NCBI GenBank assembly: GCA_965248575.1
Contig: CBDFJQ010000002.1
Span: forward strand, 1,632,001 to 1,696,000
Length of the DNA: 64,000 bases
Source of the DNA: Planctomycetota bacterium
GTDB taxonomy: Bacteria > Planctomycetota > B15-G4
Direction: 5' to 3'
Numbering within the stretch: the first letter of the stretch is position 1; every line of letters starts with the position of its first letter. The notes beneath the pieces were generated by a model, which searched no databases, was not told the DNA's origin, and saw only the letters and a list, made by a program, of their open reading frames with translations. Shown one piece after another: positions 55,148 through 64,000 of this stretch. The position numbers and the translations under genes were made by a program.

Positions 55148-56830
55148 CTAGAGATTGACGTAGGCAGGGCCACCGCCTTCAGGCGTCACCCATTCGATGA
55201 CCTGATACGGGTCCATGATGTCGCAGGTCTTGCAGTGCACGCAGTTGCTGAAGTTCACCTGCAACTTCTCGTCGCCGGCTGCGTCTGCATCGTTCGGCAC
55301 CATCTCGTAGACCGCGGCGGGACAGAAGTACTGGCACGGGTTGCCGTACTCCTGGGCGCACTTCACCGAGCAGTGTTCCGGGTCGGCCTGGACCACGAGA
55401 TGGCAGGGCTGGTCCTCCTCGTGCTTCGTCCCCGAGAAGAACACATTGGTGAGCTTGTCGAAGGTGAGCTTGCCATCGGGCTTGAAGGGCTCGGCGTGCC
55501 GCGGCTTGACCGCCCCCTTGCGACGCATCCGCTCGTGACCGGCCTCGGCCGGGTAGCGTTCGCGCGTGCCCTTGCCGCCGGTGAGCATCTGCAGGCCCAC
55601 GTGGAAGAGCGCGCCGGGCCCCATGCCGTGGGCTACCGCCTGGTGGAAGTTCCGGAAGCGGTAGAGCTCCTTGCCCAGCCACGAATCCTTGAGCGCCTTC
55701 TCGTAGCCTGAGAGCAACTCCGCGTCGTTGCGCTTCTGGACCAATGCCTGCAAGGCTGTCTCGGCCGCCAACATCCCGGACTTCATGGCGGCATGCACGC
55801 CCTTCAGCCGGGCAGCATTCAGCGTGCCGAGACTGTCCCCCGCCAGCATGACGCCGTCTGCGTAGGCGCGGGGCATGGACCAATAGCCCCCCGCAGGAAG
55901 ACTCTTGGCGCCGTAGTTGACGCGCGTGCCGCCCTCCAGCAGCGGTTTCACGTAGGGGTGCGTCTTGAAGCGCTGGAACTCCTCGTGGATGTCCATCGAG
56001 GGGTCCTCGGTATCCAGGCCCACGACCAGGCCAAGAGTCACGAGGTCGTCGCCGATGAAATAGATGAACGACCCACCGAAAATGCCAAGCCCCAAGGGCC
56101 AGCCCATGGTGTGGATCACGCGACCTGCCTGCGCACTGGCGCCGGGAACCTCCCACGTCTCCTTCACGCCCGTTTCGTACACGGGCGGGTTCGGGCCCTC
56201 CATGCCGAAGCGCTTCACGAGCCGCTTCGTCAGATGCCCACGCGAGCCATCACACAGCACCGTGACCGGCGCCCGGATCTCGACGCCCGGCTCGAAGTTC
56301 GAGCGCTGCTCTCCCGACGCCGAGATGCCCTTGTCGTTGGTCGTGACTCCCTTCACGACGTCGTCCTCGATGATCAGGTCCGCGGCGGGGAAGCCTGGGA
56401 AGACGTTGATCTCGGCTGCCTCCGCCCGGTCGCCCAACCAACGCACGACGTTGTTCAGGGCGCCTGTGGAGAAACCGTGGTTCTTCATCCAAGGGGGATG
56501 CGGAATGCTCGTCGCCCCACCGCGCGTCAGGAACTTCATTTCGTCCGACGCCACCGGCACCACGGGGGCACCCTGCTCGCGCCAGTCGGGGATGAGCTCG
56601 TCGAGGGCGCGCGGATCGATGACGGCGCCACTGATGGAGTGGGCACCGACATGGTCGCCCTTCTCGATCACGGCAATCATGGGCTCCTCGAGCGCTGGCT
56701 CGCCCTTCTCGGCAGCCAGGGCGTTGTGTTCATCCACCTTGTTCTTGAGGTGGATCGCGCCGGCCAAGCCCGCGGGCCCTGCTCCGACGAACAGCACATC
56801 AACGTCCAACACTTCCCGCTCAGCGGCCAT
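55148..56830 (-). CDS. Electron transfer flavoprotein-ubiquinone oxidoreductase
   Basis: VGAGPAGLA, SGAVIDP, GVKE.W, HTMGWP, RLKGVHAAMKSG, FCPAAVYE, NCVHCKTCDI. Confidence 0.95.
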   Translation of the reverse strand: MAAEREVLDVDVLFVGAGPAGLAGAIHLKNKVDEHNALAAEKGEPALEEPMIAVIEKGDHVGAHSISGAVIDPRALDELIPDWREQGAPVVPVASDEMKFLTRGGATSIPHPPWMKNHGFSTGALNNVVRWLGDRAEAAEINVFPGFPAADLIIEDDVVKGVTTNDKGISASGEQRSNFEPGVEIRAPVTVLCDGSRGHLTKRLVKRFGMEGPNPPVYETGVKETWEVPGASAQAGRVIHTMGWPLGLGIFGGSFIYFIGDDLVTLGLVVGLDTEDPSMDIHEEFQRFKTHPYVKPLLEGGTRVNYGAKSLPAGGYWSMPRAYADGVMLAGDSLGTLNAARLKGVHAAMKSGMLAAETALQALVQKRNDAELLSGYEKALKDSWLGKELYRFRNFHQAVAHGMGPGALFHVGLQMLTGGKGTRERYPAEAGHERMRRKGAVKPRHAEPFKPDGKLTFDKLTNVFFSGTKHEEDQPCHLVVQADPEHCSVKCAQEYGNPCQYFCPAAVYEMVPNDADAAGDEKLQVNFSNCVHCKTCDIMDPYQVIEWVTPEGGGPAYVNL

Positions 56831-56995
56831 GAATCGATTCTCCGGACAAGTCACGCACCCCTGGTCAGGGGCGACAGAGAGCACAGGATAGGTATCCGCC
56901 CCCCGGAACCCCAGCCCCTCAGGCCGGAGTCGAGCAGGCGCTGGCGGTCGTCTGAGGGTCAGGCCGCCTGATCATGGGCCACGCCAACCCGCCGT

Positions 56996-57937
56996 TCATT
57001 CGCTGTCGAGCGTCGGCTCGGGCTGGGAGAGATCCTGCTCGGCGTCTGGCAGCACCTCGACGTCGTCCACATAGACCGTGGTGCGCGCGTCGTCACCCGG
57101 GAGCCCGAAGAACGTCCAGGTTCCCCAGCGCTTGTCCTCCTTGCGCAGGCCCTCTGCCACCAGCCGGCCACTGGTATCCCAGCTCACATCCCGACCATTG
57201 CGTGCGCCGCCCCGGTTCTCCACCAGGCTCTGCTGGCGGCCGTTCTCGTGCCAGGTGGTCACCCACCCCTCCCAGTCCGTGCCCGCTCGCCGCATGAGCG
57301 TCTGCACCGACGCAACCCCGCCGGCGGCGTACACCGTCTCGAGGTAGCCCGTGGGGACCCCGCTGATGAGCCAGTAGGTCTCCTCACGCACAAGGCGCCC
57401 GATGGGATCCCAATGCCGCCACGTGCCCACGGGAAGTTCGTTCTGCCACTGGCCTTCGGATTCCTTTCGGCCCGAATCGCGCCAGTGCTGCTCCATGCCG
57501 TGCCGCGACCCGGCCCGATACTCGACACGCTCCACGAGTTCACCGGTTTTCTCGCTGAACAGCTGGCGCGGTCCCGTGAGCCGGTCCTGTTCAAAGTTCT
57601 CCACCAGGGCCAGCGTTCCGCCCGGGTGGTAGGTCATCAGCTTGCCGTGGCGCTTGCCCCGTTCGAAGTGGCCTTCAAACTCGAGTTCGCCATCCTTGTA
57701 GAAGCGCTCGACCTCTCCGTGGCGTTCTCCTGCCAGGTAGTGACCACGCTCCTTGACGACCGCATCGCTCCACCAGGTCGTGAACTCGCCTTCGTACCCG
57801 ATAGGGACGGCCCGTGGCTTCTTGACCGGGGCCATGGAGCAGCCCAGCTGGCACAAGAGCATCCCCGCCAGAAGGAGCAGCGAGGCTCCGGTCAATGTGC
57901 GCCGACCTGTCATCCTCATGCTCCGCCTCCCGCTCAT
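56996..57937 (-). CDS. MORN-variant repeat (YwqK-like) lipoprotein
   Basis: Lipobox LGC; repeated G.RHG....Y..G....EG.F units; start uncertain (57913-57937). Confidence 0.8.
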   Translation of the reverse strand: MSGRRSMRMTGRRTLTGASLLLLAGMLLCQLGCSMAPVKKPRAVPIGYEGEFTTWWSDAVVKERGHYLAGERHGEVERFYKDGELEFEGHFERGKRHGKLMTYHPGGTLALVENFEQDRLTGPRQLFSEKTGELVERVEYRAGSRHGMEQHWRDSGRKESEGQWQNELPVGTWRHWDPIGRLVREETYWLISGVPTGYLETVYAAGGVASVQTLMRRAGTDWEGWVTTWHENGRQQSLVENRGGARNGRDVSWDTSGRLVAEGLRKEDKRWGTWTFFGLPGDDARTTVYVDDVEVLPDAEQDLSQPEPTLDSE

Positions 57938-57945
57938 GCTCGTGC

Positions 57946-58770
57946 TCAGGGGTGTGACAAACGACGCTCGGCAGCCTGCTCCACACTCCAGGGTTCCAAC
58001 TGACCCTCGTGCAGCATGAAGCATCGGTCGGCCCGGGCCGCCAGCTCCATGTCGTGCGTCACGAGGACCAAGGTGTGATCCCGCTCTGAACTGATCTGGA
58101 ACAGCAAATCGGCAATGACTTCGCTCGTCCGCTCATCGAGATTGCCCGTCGGCTCGTCGCAGAGCAACAGCGTCGGCTCGGAGATGAGGGCCCGGGCGAT
58201 GGCCACGCGCTGCCGTTCTCCGCCGGACATCTGTGTGGGCTTGTGGTGCATCCGCGAACCCAGCCCCAGCTCTTCCAGCAGCTGCTTGGCCTGGGCACGC
58301 ATGGCGTGGCGCTTCGACCACCAGGCCAGCGGCCCGTGCTCGATCCGCCGCGGCAGCAGGGTGTTGTCCAAGGCGGAGAGTTCGGGAATCAGGTGATAGA
58401 ACTGGAACACATAGCCGATGCGATGATTGCGCAAGCTGGCCCGGGCCGCCTTGGACAGGGTGGTGGACTCTTCGCCGTGCACCTTGAGGCTGCCTGAATC
58501 TGGCCGATCGAGGAGACCCAGGGCATGCAGCAGGGTGCTCTTGCCCGAGCCTGATCGTCCCATGATGGCCACGGACTCGCCGGCGTACAGGTCCAGGTTC
58601 GTGCCAGCCAGCACCTTCAACACCTGTTGGCCCATGCGGTACCCGCGCACGAGACCGCGGGCGCTCAGCACCGGCTTGCGACCCTCGCCCTCCCCTTCGC
58701 CTGGGGACGCTGGGCCTGGGTCGGACGCCGTTGTCGGCACCGTCTGGATGGGGCTCGCCATCTCACTCAT
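57946..58770 (-). CDS. lolD: Lipoprotein-releasing ABC transporter ATPase
   Basis: GRSGSGKST, FQFYHLIPE, SGGERQR, CDEPTGNLD, VTHD; follows lolC/E. Confidence 0.88.
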   Translation of the reverse strand: MSEMASPIQTVPTTASDPGPASPGEGEGEGRKPVLSARGLVRGYRMGQQVLKVLAGTNLDLYAGESVAIMGRSGSGKSTLLHALGLLDRPDSGSLKVHGEESTTLSKAARASLRNHRIGYVFQFYHLIPELSALDNTLLPRRIEHGPLAWWSKRHAMRAQAKQLLEELGLGSRMHHKPTQMSGGERQRVAIARALISEPTLLLCDEPTGNLDERTSEVIADLLFQISSERDHTLVLVTHDMELAARADRCFMLHEGQLEPWSVEQAAERRLSHP

Positions 58771-60103
58771 GGCGCAAGGCCTCCACCGGGTCCATGCGCG
58801 CCGCACGGAAGGCAGGCATCATGCAGATCAACACCGCGCCCACCACGGTCGCCCCGGCGATGGCCACATTGAGGCCGTGGTCCAAGGCAACGGGAATCTC
58901 CGAGAAGGCATACACCTGCCGGTTGAAGATCTCGATGTCGAAGATCTCTTCGATCGTGTCCTTCACCGAGTTGATGTTGAGCGCGAGCACGACACCCATT
59001 CCGAGGCCAAGCAACCCTCCCAAGGAGGCGATGTAGATCCCGCACGTGGCGAAGACGGCGCCGACGCCCCCCGCGGGTGCCCCCATGGCAGACAGGATCC
59101 CAATGTCGCGCACCTTCTGTTGCACCATCATGGTCAACACCGAGAAGGTGATGGTGCACACGAGCAGGAGGAAGAAGAAGAAGATGACGAGCAGGATGTT
59201 GCGCTCGTTCTCGACGGCCCCCAACCAGATGCGGTGGCGGTCTTCCCAGGTCTCGACGGTGGAACGCATGCCCGCCGCCCTCAGGTCCGCATCGAGTTCG
59301 TCGCGCACGACCTCCAGGTCGGCACCCTCCACGGCTGTCACGTACAGCTCGGAAACCTCGTGCTGCGTCCCGGTCCAGTAGATGAAGTCCTGACGCTGGA
59401 TGTAGATGTTCGCCTGGTCGTGGTTGTAGTGCCCCGTGTTGTACGCGCCCGCGATCACGAAGGTCTCGCTGGCCGGGCGCACGGCATCGCCGGTCAGGCG
59501 CAGCGCGCTGTCGGGCACCGTCACCAGGGTCAGGGCATCCCCCTTGCGCAGCGCCAGCCCGCGCATCATCTCCTCGCTCAAGAGCACCGTGGGCCCCTGG
59601 GCATAGCGCAGTTCGAGATCCTTGATCTCCTCCATCGGCAAGTCGAAGGGGCGCTCGACATCGTCCACCCGCAAGCCTGGGGCCTCGACGCGGTCGAGAA
59701 AGGCCGCGAAGTCCGTGGACGCGATTTCATCCGCGGCGTCGATACCCAGCACGAGCACCTGATGCTGCGCCGCATCCTTGGAGTTGCCGTGCAGCACGGA
59801 CGAGCGCCCGTAGACCTTGAAGATGGACGGGCGCACGAGGCGTGCGCAGGCACCCTTGATCTGGGGATGGCCGGCCACGGTCTGGGTCAGGTCCTCGCCG
59901 GAATAGGCGTATTGCACCTGGTGAGGGAACACCACGATGTCGGCGGTGGTTCCGCGCAGGAACGAACGGGTCTCCTCGAGGAAGCCGTTCATGATGCTCA
60001 GCACGACAATCAACGCCATGACCGCCAGGCCGATGGCGACCATGGCCAGATAGCTCACCGGTCGGGCGAAGGTGTAGCGGCTGGCAAGGTGGAAGCGATA
60101 CAC
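58763..60103 (-). CDS. lolE: Lipoprotein-releasing ABC transporter permease LolC/E (FtsX/MacB-type)
   Basis: ALIVVLSIMNGF, MMVQQKVRDIGILSAMGA, PAFRAARMDPVEALRHE. Confidence 0.88.
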   Translation of the reverse strand: MYRFHLASRYTFARPVSYLAMVAIGLAVMALIVVLSIMNGFLEETRSFLRGTTADIVVFPHQVQYAYSGEDLTQTVAGHPQIKGACARLVRPSIFKVYGRSSVLHGNSKDAAQHQVLVLGIDAADEIASTDFAAFLDRVEAPGLRVDDVERPFDLPMEEIKDLELRYAQGPTVLLSEEMMRGLALRKGDALTLVTVPDSALRLTGDAVRPASETFVIAGAYNTGHYNHDQANIYIQRQDFIYWTGTQHEVSELYVTAVEGADLEVVRDELDADLRAAGMRSTVETWEDRHRIWLGAVENERNILLVIFFFFLLLVCTITFSVLTMMVQQKVRDIGILSAMGAPAGGVGAVFATCGIYIASLGGLLGLGMGVVLALNINSVKDTIEEIFDIEIFNRQVYAFSEIPVALDHGLNVAIAGATVVGAVLICMMPAFRAARMDPVEALRHE

Positions 60104-60112
60104 GCGCGGTCT

Positions 60113-61741
60113 CTAGGAGCTGGCCGATTCCGATGACGTGCCCCGATCCGTCGGGACCTCAGGAGCCACGGCCGGATCACTTGTTTCCGCACCCTCGCTG
60201 CGGCTTCGCAGGAGCGGAAACAGGATCACGTCTCGGATCGAGTCGGCACCCGTCAGCAACATGACGAGCCGGTCGACGCCGATGCCGATGCCAGCTGCAG
60301 GCGGCATTCCATAGCGCAGGGCATCCACGTAGTCGTGGTCCACCTCGGCCGGCAGCTCCGGGTCACGCTCGGCGACCTGCGCCTCGAAACGCGCCAGCTG
60401 CTCCTCGGGATCATTGAGTTCCGAGAACGCGTTGGCGAGCTCCATCCCGTCGACGATGAGTTCAAAGCGCTCAGCAATCCGTGGATCTTCGGGCGACGCC
60501 TTGGAAAGCGGGCTCAAGGCGATGGGCAAGTGGGTCACGAAGGTGGGGTTCACCAGCTTGGGTTCGACACACTCCCCGAACAGGTCATCCACGATCTTGT
60601 CGACTCGCACGCCCTGGGTGTGCAAGCCATGGCTCTTGGCAGCAGCCAGCACTGCGGCCTCATCGAAGACGTCGATGCCCACATGCTCCTGGATCAGATC
60701 CGCATAGCGGCGGCGGGCGAAGGGGCGAGAGAAGTCGATCACACGATCGCCACGGACCACCTGCTCTGGAGGCAGCTCGAGCGTGGCCGCTTCGACCGTG
60801 ACCGGCTCGGCCGTGGCCTCACCCTCGACCGGATCCGGGTTCTCGACTTCCACCGGCTGGCTGTGGCAACCGTGATCCACGGCCAGTCGCGCCACCAGCT
60901 CCTCGCAGGCCTCGATCCAGTCGTCCATGCGAGCGTAGGCCCAATAGGCCTCCACCATGGAGAACTCGGGGTTGTGACGGGGCGAGAGCCCTTCGTTCCG
61001 GAAGTTGCGCCCGATCTCGAAGACCCGTTCGTAGCCCCCCACCAGCAGTCGCTTCAGATGCAGCTCGGGGGCGATGCGCAGGTTCAAGTCCATGTGCAGG
61101 GTGTTGTGGTGGGTCCGGAAGGGCTTGGCGGTCGCCCCACCTGCGATGCCATGCAGGATTGGCGTCTCCACCTCCATGAAGCCCCGGTCCTCGAGGAAGC
61201 GCCGGGTGTCCCGCACGATGGCCGAGCGGGCCCGAAATCGTTCGAAGCTCTCGGGATTCGCGATCAGGTCGGCATAACGGCGTCTGAGCCGCGTCTCGAC
61301 ATCTGCCAGCCCGAACCATTCGCTGGGCGGGGCATACATGCTCTTGCTCAAGAGCTCCAGGTCGGCTGCGAAGAGCGTCACCTCACCCATCCGGGTGCGG
61401 GCCAACTCCCCCCGGCAGGCGACGAAATCGCCCAAATCGAGGGTTTCCTTGAGCAGCGCGAAGGCCTCTTCGCCCAGGGCCTTCTTGCGAACGAAGGCCT
61501 GCAAGCGCCCCGAGTCGTCCCTCAGATCCACGAACAGGCTGTTGCCGTGGTCGCGCACGGAGACCGCTCGCCCCGCCACGGTGGCCACGGTGCGGGCCTC
61601 CCCCTCGGCATCCGGGTCGGCCCGAGCGAGCAGGGCGGCGATGGATTCCCGCTCCGGAAGGCGGGTCCCGGCTGGGTAGGGAATGACTCCGGCCGCCCGA
61701 AGGCGGTCCAGCTTGGCGATGCGTTCTGTTGGCAACTGCAT
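60113..61741 (-). CDS. lysS: Lysine--tRNA ligase (class II)
   Basis: OB-fold VAGR, FMEVETP, GGATAKPF.THHN, LRIAPEL, FRNEG...HNPEF, ELANAFSELNDP, YGMPP.AG.GIGVDR. Confidence 0.97.
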   Translation of the reverse strand: MQLPTERIAKLDRLRAAGVIPYPAGTRLPERESIAALLARADPDAEGEARTVATVAGRAVSVRDHGNSLFVDLRDDSGRLQAFVRKKALGEEAFALLKETLDLGDFVACRGELARTRMGEVTLFAADLELLSKSMYAPPSEWFGLADVETRLRRRYADLIANPESFERFRARSAIVRDTRRFLEDRGFMEVETPILHGIAGGATAKPFRTHHNTLHMDLNLRIAPELHLKRLLVGGYERVFEIGRNFRNEGLSPRHNPEFSMVEAYWAYARMDDWIEACEELVARLAVDHGCHSQPVEVENPDPVEGEATAEPVTVEAATLELPPEQVVRGDRVIDFSRPFARRRYADLIQEHVGIDVFDEAAVLAAAKSHGLHTQGVRVDKIVDDLFGECVEPKLVNPTFVTHLPIALSPLSKASPEDPRIAERFELIVDGMELANAFSELNDPEEQLARFEAQVAERDPELPAEVDHDYVDALRYGMPPAAGIGIGVDRLVMLLTGADSIRDVILFPLLRSRSEGAETSDPAVAPEVPTDRGTSSESASS

Positions 61742-61882
61742 CGAGGCGAGTCTAGCAGTCGGCAGACCACGCTCTCCAGCTCGGTGACAGCGCCAACTCA
61801 CAAGCCTGGAGTCGCAACCCTTGATTGGACGGGCGGGCAGGTGGGACGATGGCCCGACGTTGTCCCCACCCGGAACCCCTCC

Positions 61883-63205
61883 ATGTCGTGCACCGTCACC
61901 ATCGACGGCCCTTGCCGCCGCACCCTGAGCTTCGAAGTCGAGCGCGAGCGTCTCCAGCAGGCCATCGACGAAAACATCCAGAAGCTTGCTCAAACCGCGA
62001 ATCTCAAGGGATTCCGCAAGGGCAAGGCTCCCGTGGACTTCATCCGCAAGACCCAAGGCGCCAAGGTTGAAGAAGAAGTCCGCCGCGAGATCATGAACCA
62101 AGAATTCTCGGCCGCCGTCCAGGAGCACTCGCTGCATCCTGTGGGCGAACCCGAAATGAACCTCGAAAAGCTCGATGCGGAGGGCCCAGGTCCCTTCACG
62201 TTCGAGCTGGCCATCGAGACGGCCCCGGATTTCGAGCCCGACGTACCTGAAGAATTCGCTGTCACGGTCGCTCTGGCCGCGGTGACGGACGAGATGGTCA
62301 AGGGTCAGGCCTACCAGTTCCGCGAACAGGGTGCCTCGCTCGAGGACGCTCCTGAGGGAGCGCCCGTCGCCCAGGACGACATCCTGGAGGGCACGGTTGT
62401 CTACGAGATCGAGGGCGAGGCGTTGGAGGCCCGCGCGGACCGCGCAGCCTTCACCAAGCACGACATCGTCGACAGCATCAAGCTGGACGGCTCGGGCAAG
62501 ACATTCATCAGCAAGGTGAAGGGCGACACGCTCAACTTTGACGTGACGCTGCCAGAACATTTCGCGCCGGCCGAGCACGCCGGCAAGGAAGCCAAACTGG
62601 CGTTCACCATCGACAGGCATCGCCTGGTGATCCTCCCGGAACTCAACGAGGAGTTCTTGAGCAAGATCGGCGTCAAGACCGAAGAGGAGATGATCGAGCG
62701 GATCCGCGAGGAACTGGTCATTCAACGCGCCCGTTCTCGCGATGAGATGGTCGACGGTGACATCGAGAAGCAGATCCTGGAGCGCAATGATTTCGAGTTG
62801 CCCGCCCGTCTGCTCAGCAAGGCTATCGAGAGCCGCGTGCACGAGTTTGCCCATCGCATCATGAAAGAGCGGGGGTTGGAGTCCGAGGACGGCCACCACC
62901 AGGCCGAAGAGCGCCGAGAGGAGATCGCCGAAGCCACCACGAAGGGGCTCCGCGTGGCCTTCCTCCTGAGCCGAATCGCCGAGGACCACGACCTCAAGCC
63001 GTCGGCGGAGGACACCATCAACCAGGTCAAGGGCATGGCCGCCCAGCAGCAGAAGGACCCCGACGAACTGCTCGCGCAGGCGCAGCGGGAAGGCTGGTTG
63101 CCCGACGTGTACGAACAACTGATGCACCAGAACGCCCGAGCCTGGCTGCGCGAGCTAGCCAAGGTGACCGAATCCGAACCCGAGGCGCCTTCAGCAGACG
63201 AGTAG
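61883..63205 (+). CDS. tig: Trigger factor
   Basis: GFRKGKAP ribosome-binding signature; directly upstream of clpP. Confidence 0.92.
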   Translation: MSCTVTIDGPCRRTLSFEVERERLQQAIDENIQKLAQTANLKGFRKGKAPVDFIRKTQGAKVEEEVRREIMNQEFSAAVQEHSLHPVGEPEMNLEKLDAEGPGPFTFELAIETAPDFEPDVPEEFAVTVALAAVTDEMVKGQAYQFREQGASLEDAPEGAPVAQDDILEGTVVYEIEGEALEARADRAAFTKHDIVDSIKLDGSGKTFISKVKGDTLNFDVTLPEHFAPAEHAGKEAKLAFTIDRHRLVILPELNEEFLSKIGVKTEEEMIERIREELVIQRARSRDEMVDGDIEKQILERNDFELPARLLSKAIESRVHEFAHRIMKERGLESEDGHHQAEERREEIAEATTKGLRVAFLLSRIAEDHDLKPSAEDTINQVKGMAAQQQKDPDELLAQAQREGWLPDVYEQLMHQNARAWLRELAKVTESEPEAPSADE

Positions 63206-63281
63206 TCTGCGGCAGCTGAAACGGGCCAACCCAAGACACGCAGTCCATTCACGCAAGGGCCACGAGCCCCATCCGGGAGGG

Positions 63282-63947
63282 ATGAAACCAGACATGAAGA
63301 CCAGCGACAACGACGGTGCAGCCGAGAACGCCCTCTCTCCTCAGGGCTACTACCCCGTGCCCTACGTCATCGAGAAGACCGGACGTGGCGAGCGGGCGTA
63401 CGACATCTACAGCCGCTTGCTCGAAGACCGCATCGTGTTCATCGGCACGGCCATTGACGACCACGTGGCCAACGCCGTCGTTGCCCAGCTGCTGTTCCTC
63501 GAAAAGGAGAACAGAAGCCAGGACGTGAACATGTACGTGAACTCGCCCGGCGGCAGCGTCACGGCAGGCCTTGCGATCTATGACGCCATGCAGCATGTCG
63601 GCTGCGACGTCTCGACCTTCTGCATCGGGCAAGCCGCCAGCATGGGCGCGATCCTGCTCATGGCCGGGGCCAAGGGAAAACGTCACATCCTTCCCCATTC
63701 GCGCGTGATGATTCACCAGCCCTGGGGTGGCGCCGGCGGCACTGCAGCCGATATCCGCATCCAGGCTGACGAGATCCTCAAGCTCAAGGGCGACCTCAAC
63801 CAGATCATCGTCAAGCACTCAGGCAAGGACCTGAAGGCAGTTGAGGAGGACACCGACCGGGACACCTACCTCTCTGCGGAGGAAGCCGTGAAGTACGGAC
63901 TCGTAGACGAGATCATCATTCCATCGGACACTGGTTCGGGCAGCTGA
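63282..63947 (+). CDS. clpP: ATP-dependent Clp protease proteolytic subunit
   Basis: [19 protein letters not shown] (Ser), MIHQP (His), DRD (Asp). Confidence 0.98.
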   Translation: MKPDMKTSDNDGAAENALSPQGYYPVPYVIEKTGRGERAYDIYSRLLEDRIVFIGTAIDDHVANAVVAQLLFLEKENRSQDVNMYVNSPGGSVTAGLAIYDAMQHVGCDVSTFCIGQAASMGAILLMAGAKGKRHILPHSRVMIHQPWGGAGGTAADIRIQADEILKLKGDLNQIIVKHSGKDLKAVEEDTDRDTYLSAEEAVKYGLVDEIIIPSDTGSGS

Positions 63948-64000
63948 CGTGCGTGAGCTGGGTGCCGAGCCTGGCTCCCCCACCCAACGCGCCATCGACT

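Noticed and set aside
56996..57937. YwqK-type antitoxin of a toxin-antitoxin pair
   Set aside because: No adjacent toxin. MORN-variant repeats plus a lipobox and the lol context indicate an envelope protein.

Overview
High-GC bacterial chromosomal window, densely coding: about 48 CDS, tRNA-Arg(CCG) and tRNA-Ala(GGC). I see no transposase, integrase, phage gene or CRISPR array. The lysS-lolC/E-lolD order, orphan pilin paralogues and a giant Gly-rich lipoprotein suggest a diderm, plausibly Planctomycetota (inference only). Housekeeping genes include pruA (5'-truncated), aroA, trmFO, leuS, lysS, tig, clpP and ETF-QO. The most interesting region is about 18.4-32.1 kb. There a lone glycogen synthase (glgA) sits among four ATP-grasp ligases (three close paralogues plus one RimK-like), a cyanophycinase/peptidase-S51-like hydrolase and two serine esterases (one with a CBM48-like N-terminus). 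A glutamate-cysteine-ligase-CBS fusion and a gamma-glutamyltransferase flank it. This looks like an uncharacterised write/erase system for a non-ribosomal peptide or amino-acyl modification tied to alpha-glucan storage. Other notable items: two membrane metallophosphoesterase paralogues with the same non-canonical active-site substitutions flanking an MMPL transporter near a sulfotransferase and KAS III; a 1652-aa Gly-rich lipoprotein; a three-gene pilin cluster with a perfect 16-bp stem-loop; several probable leaderless genes; and recurrent degenerate 12-bp tandem repeats. All functional calls come from motif recognition by eye. No database search was run.
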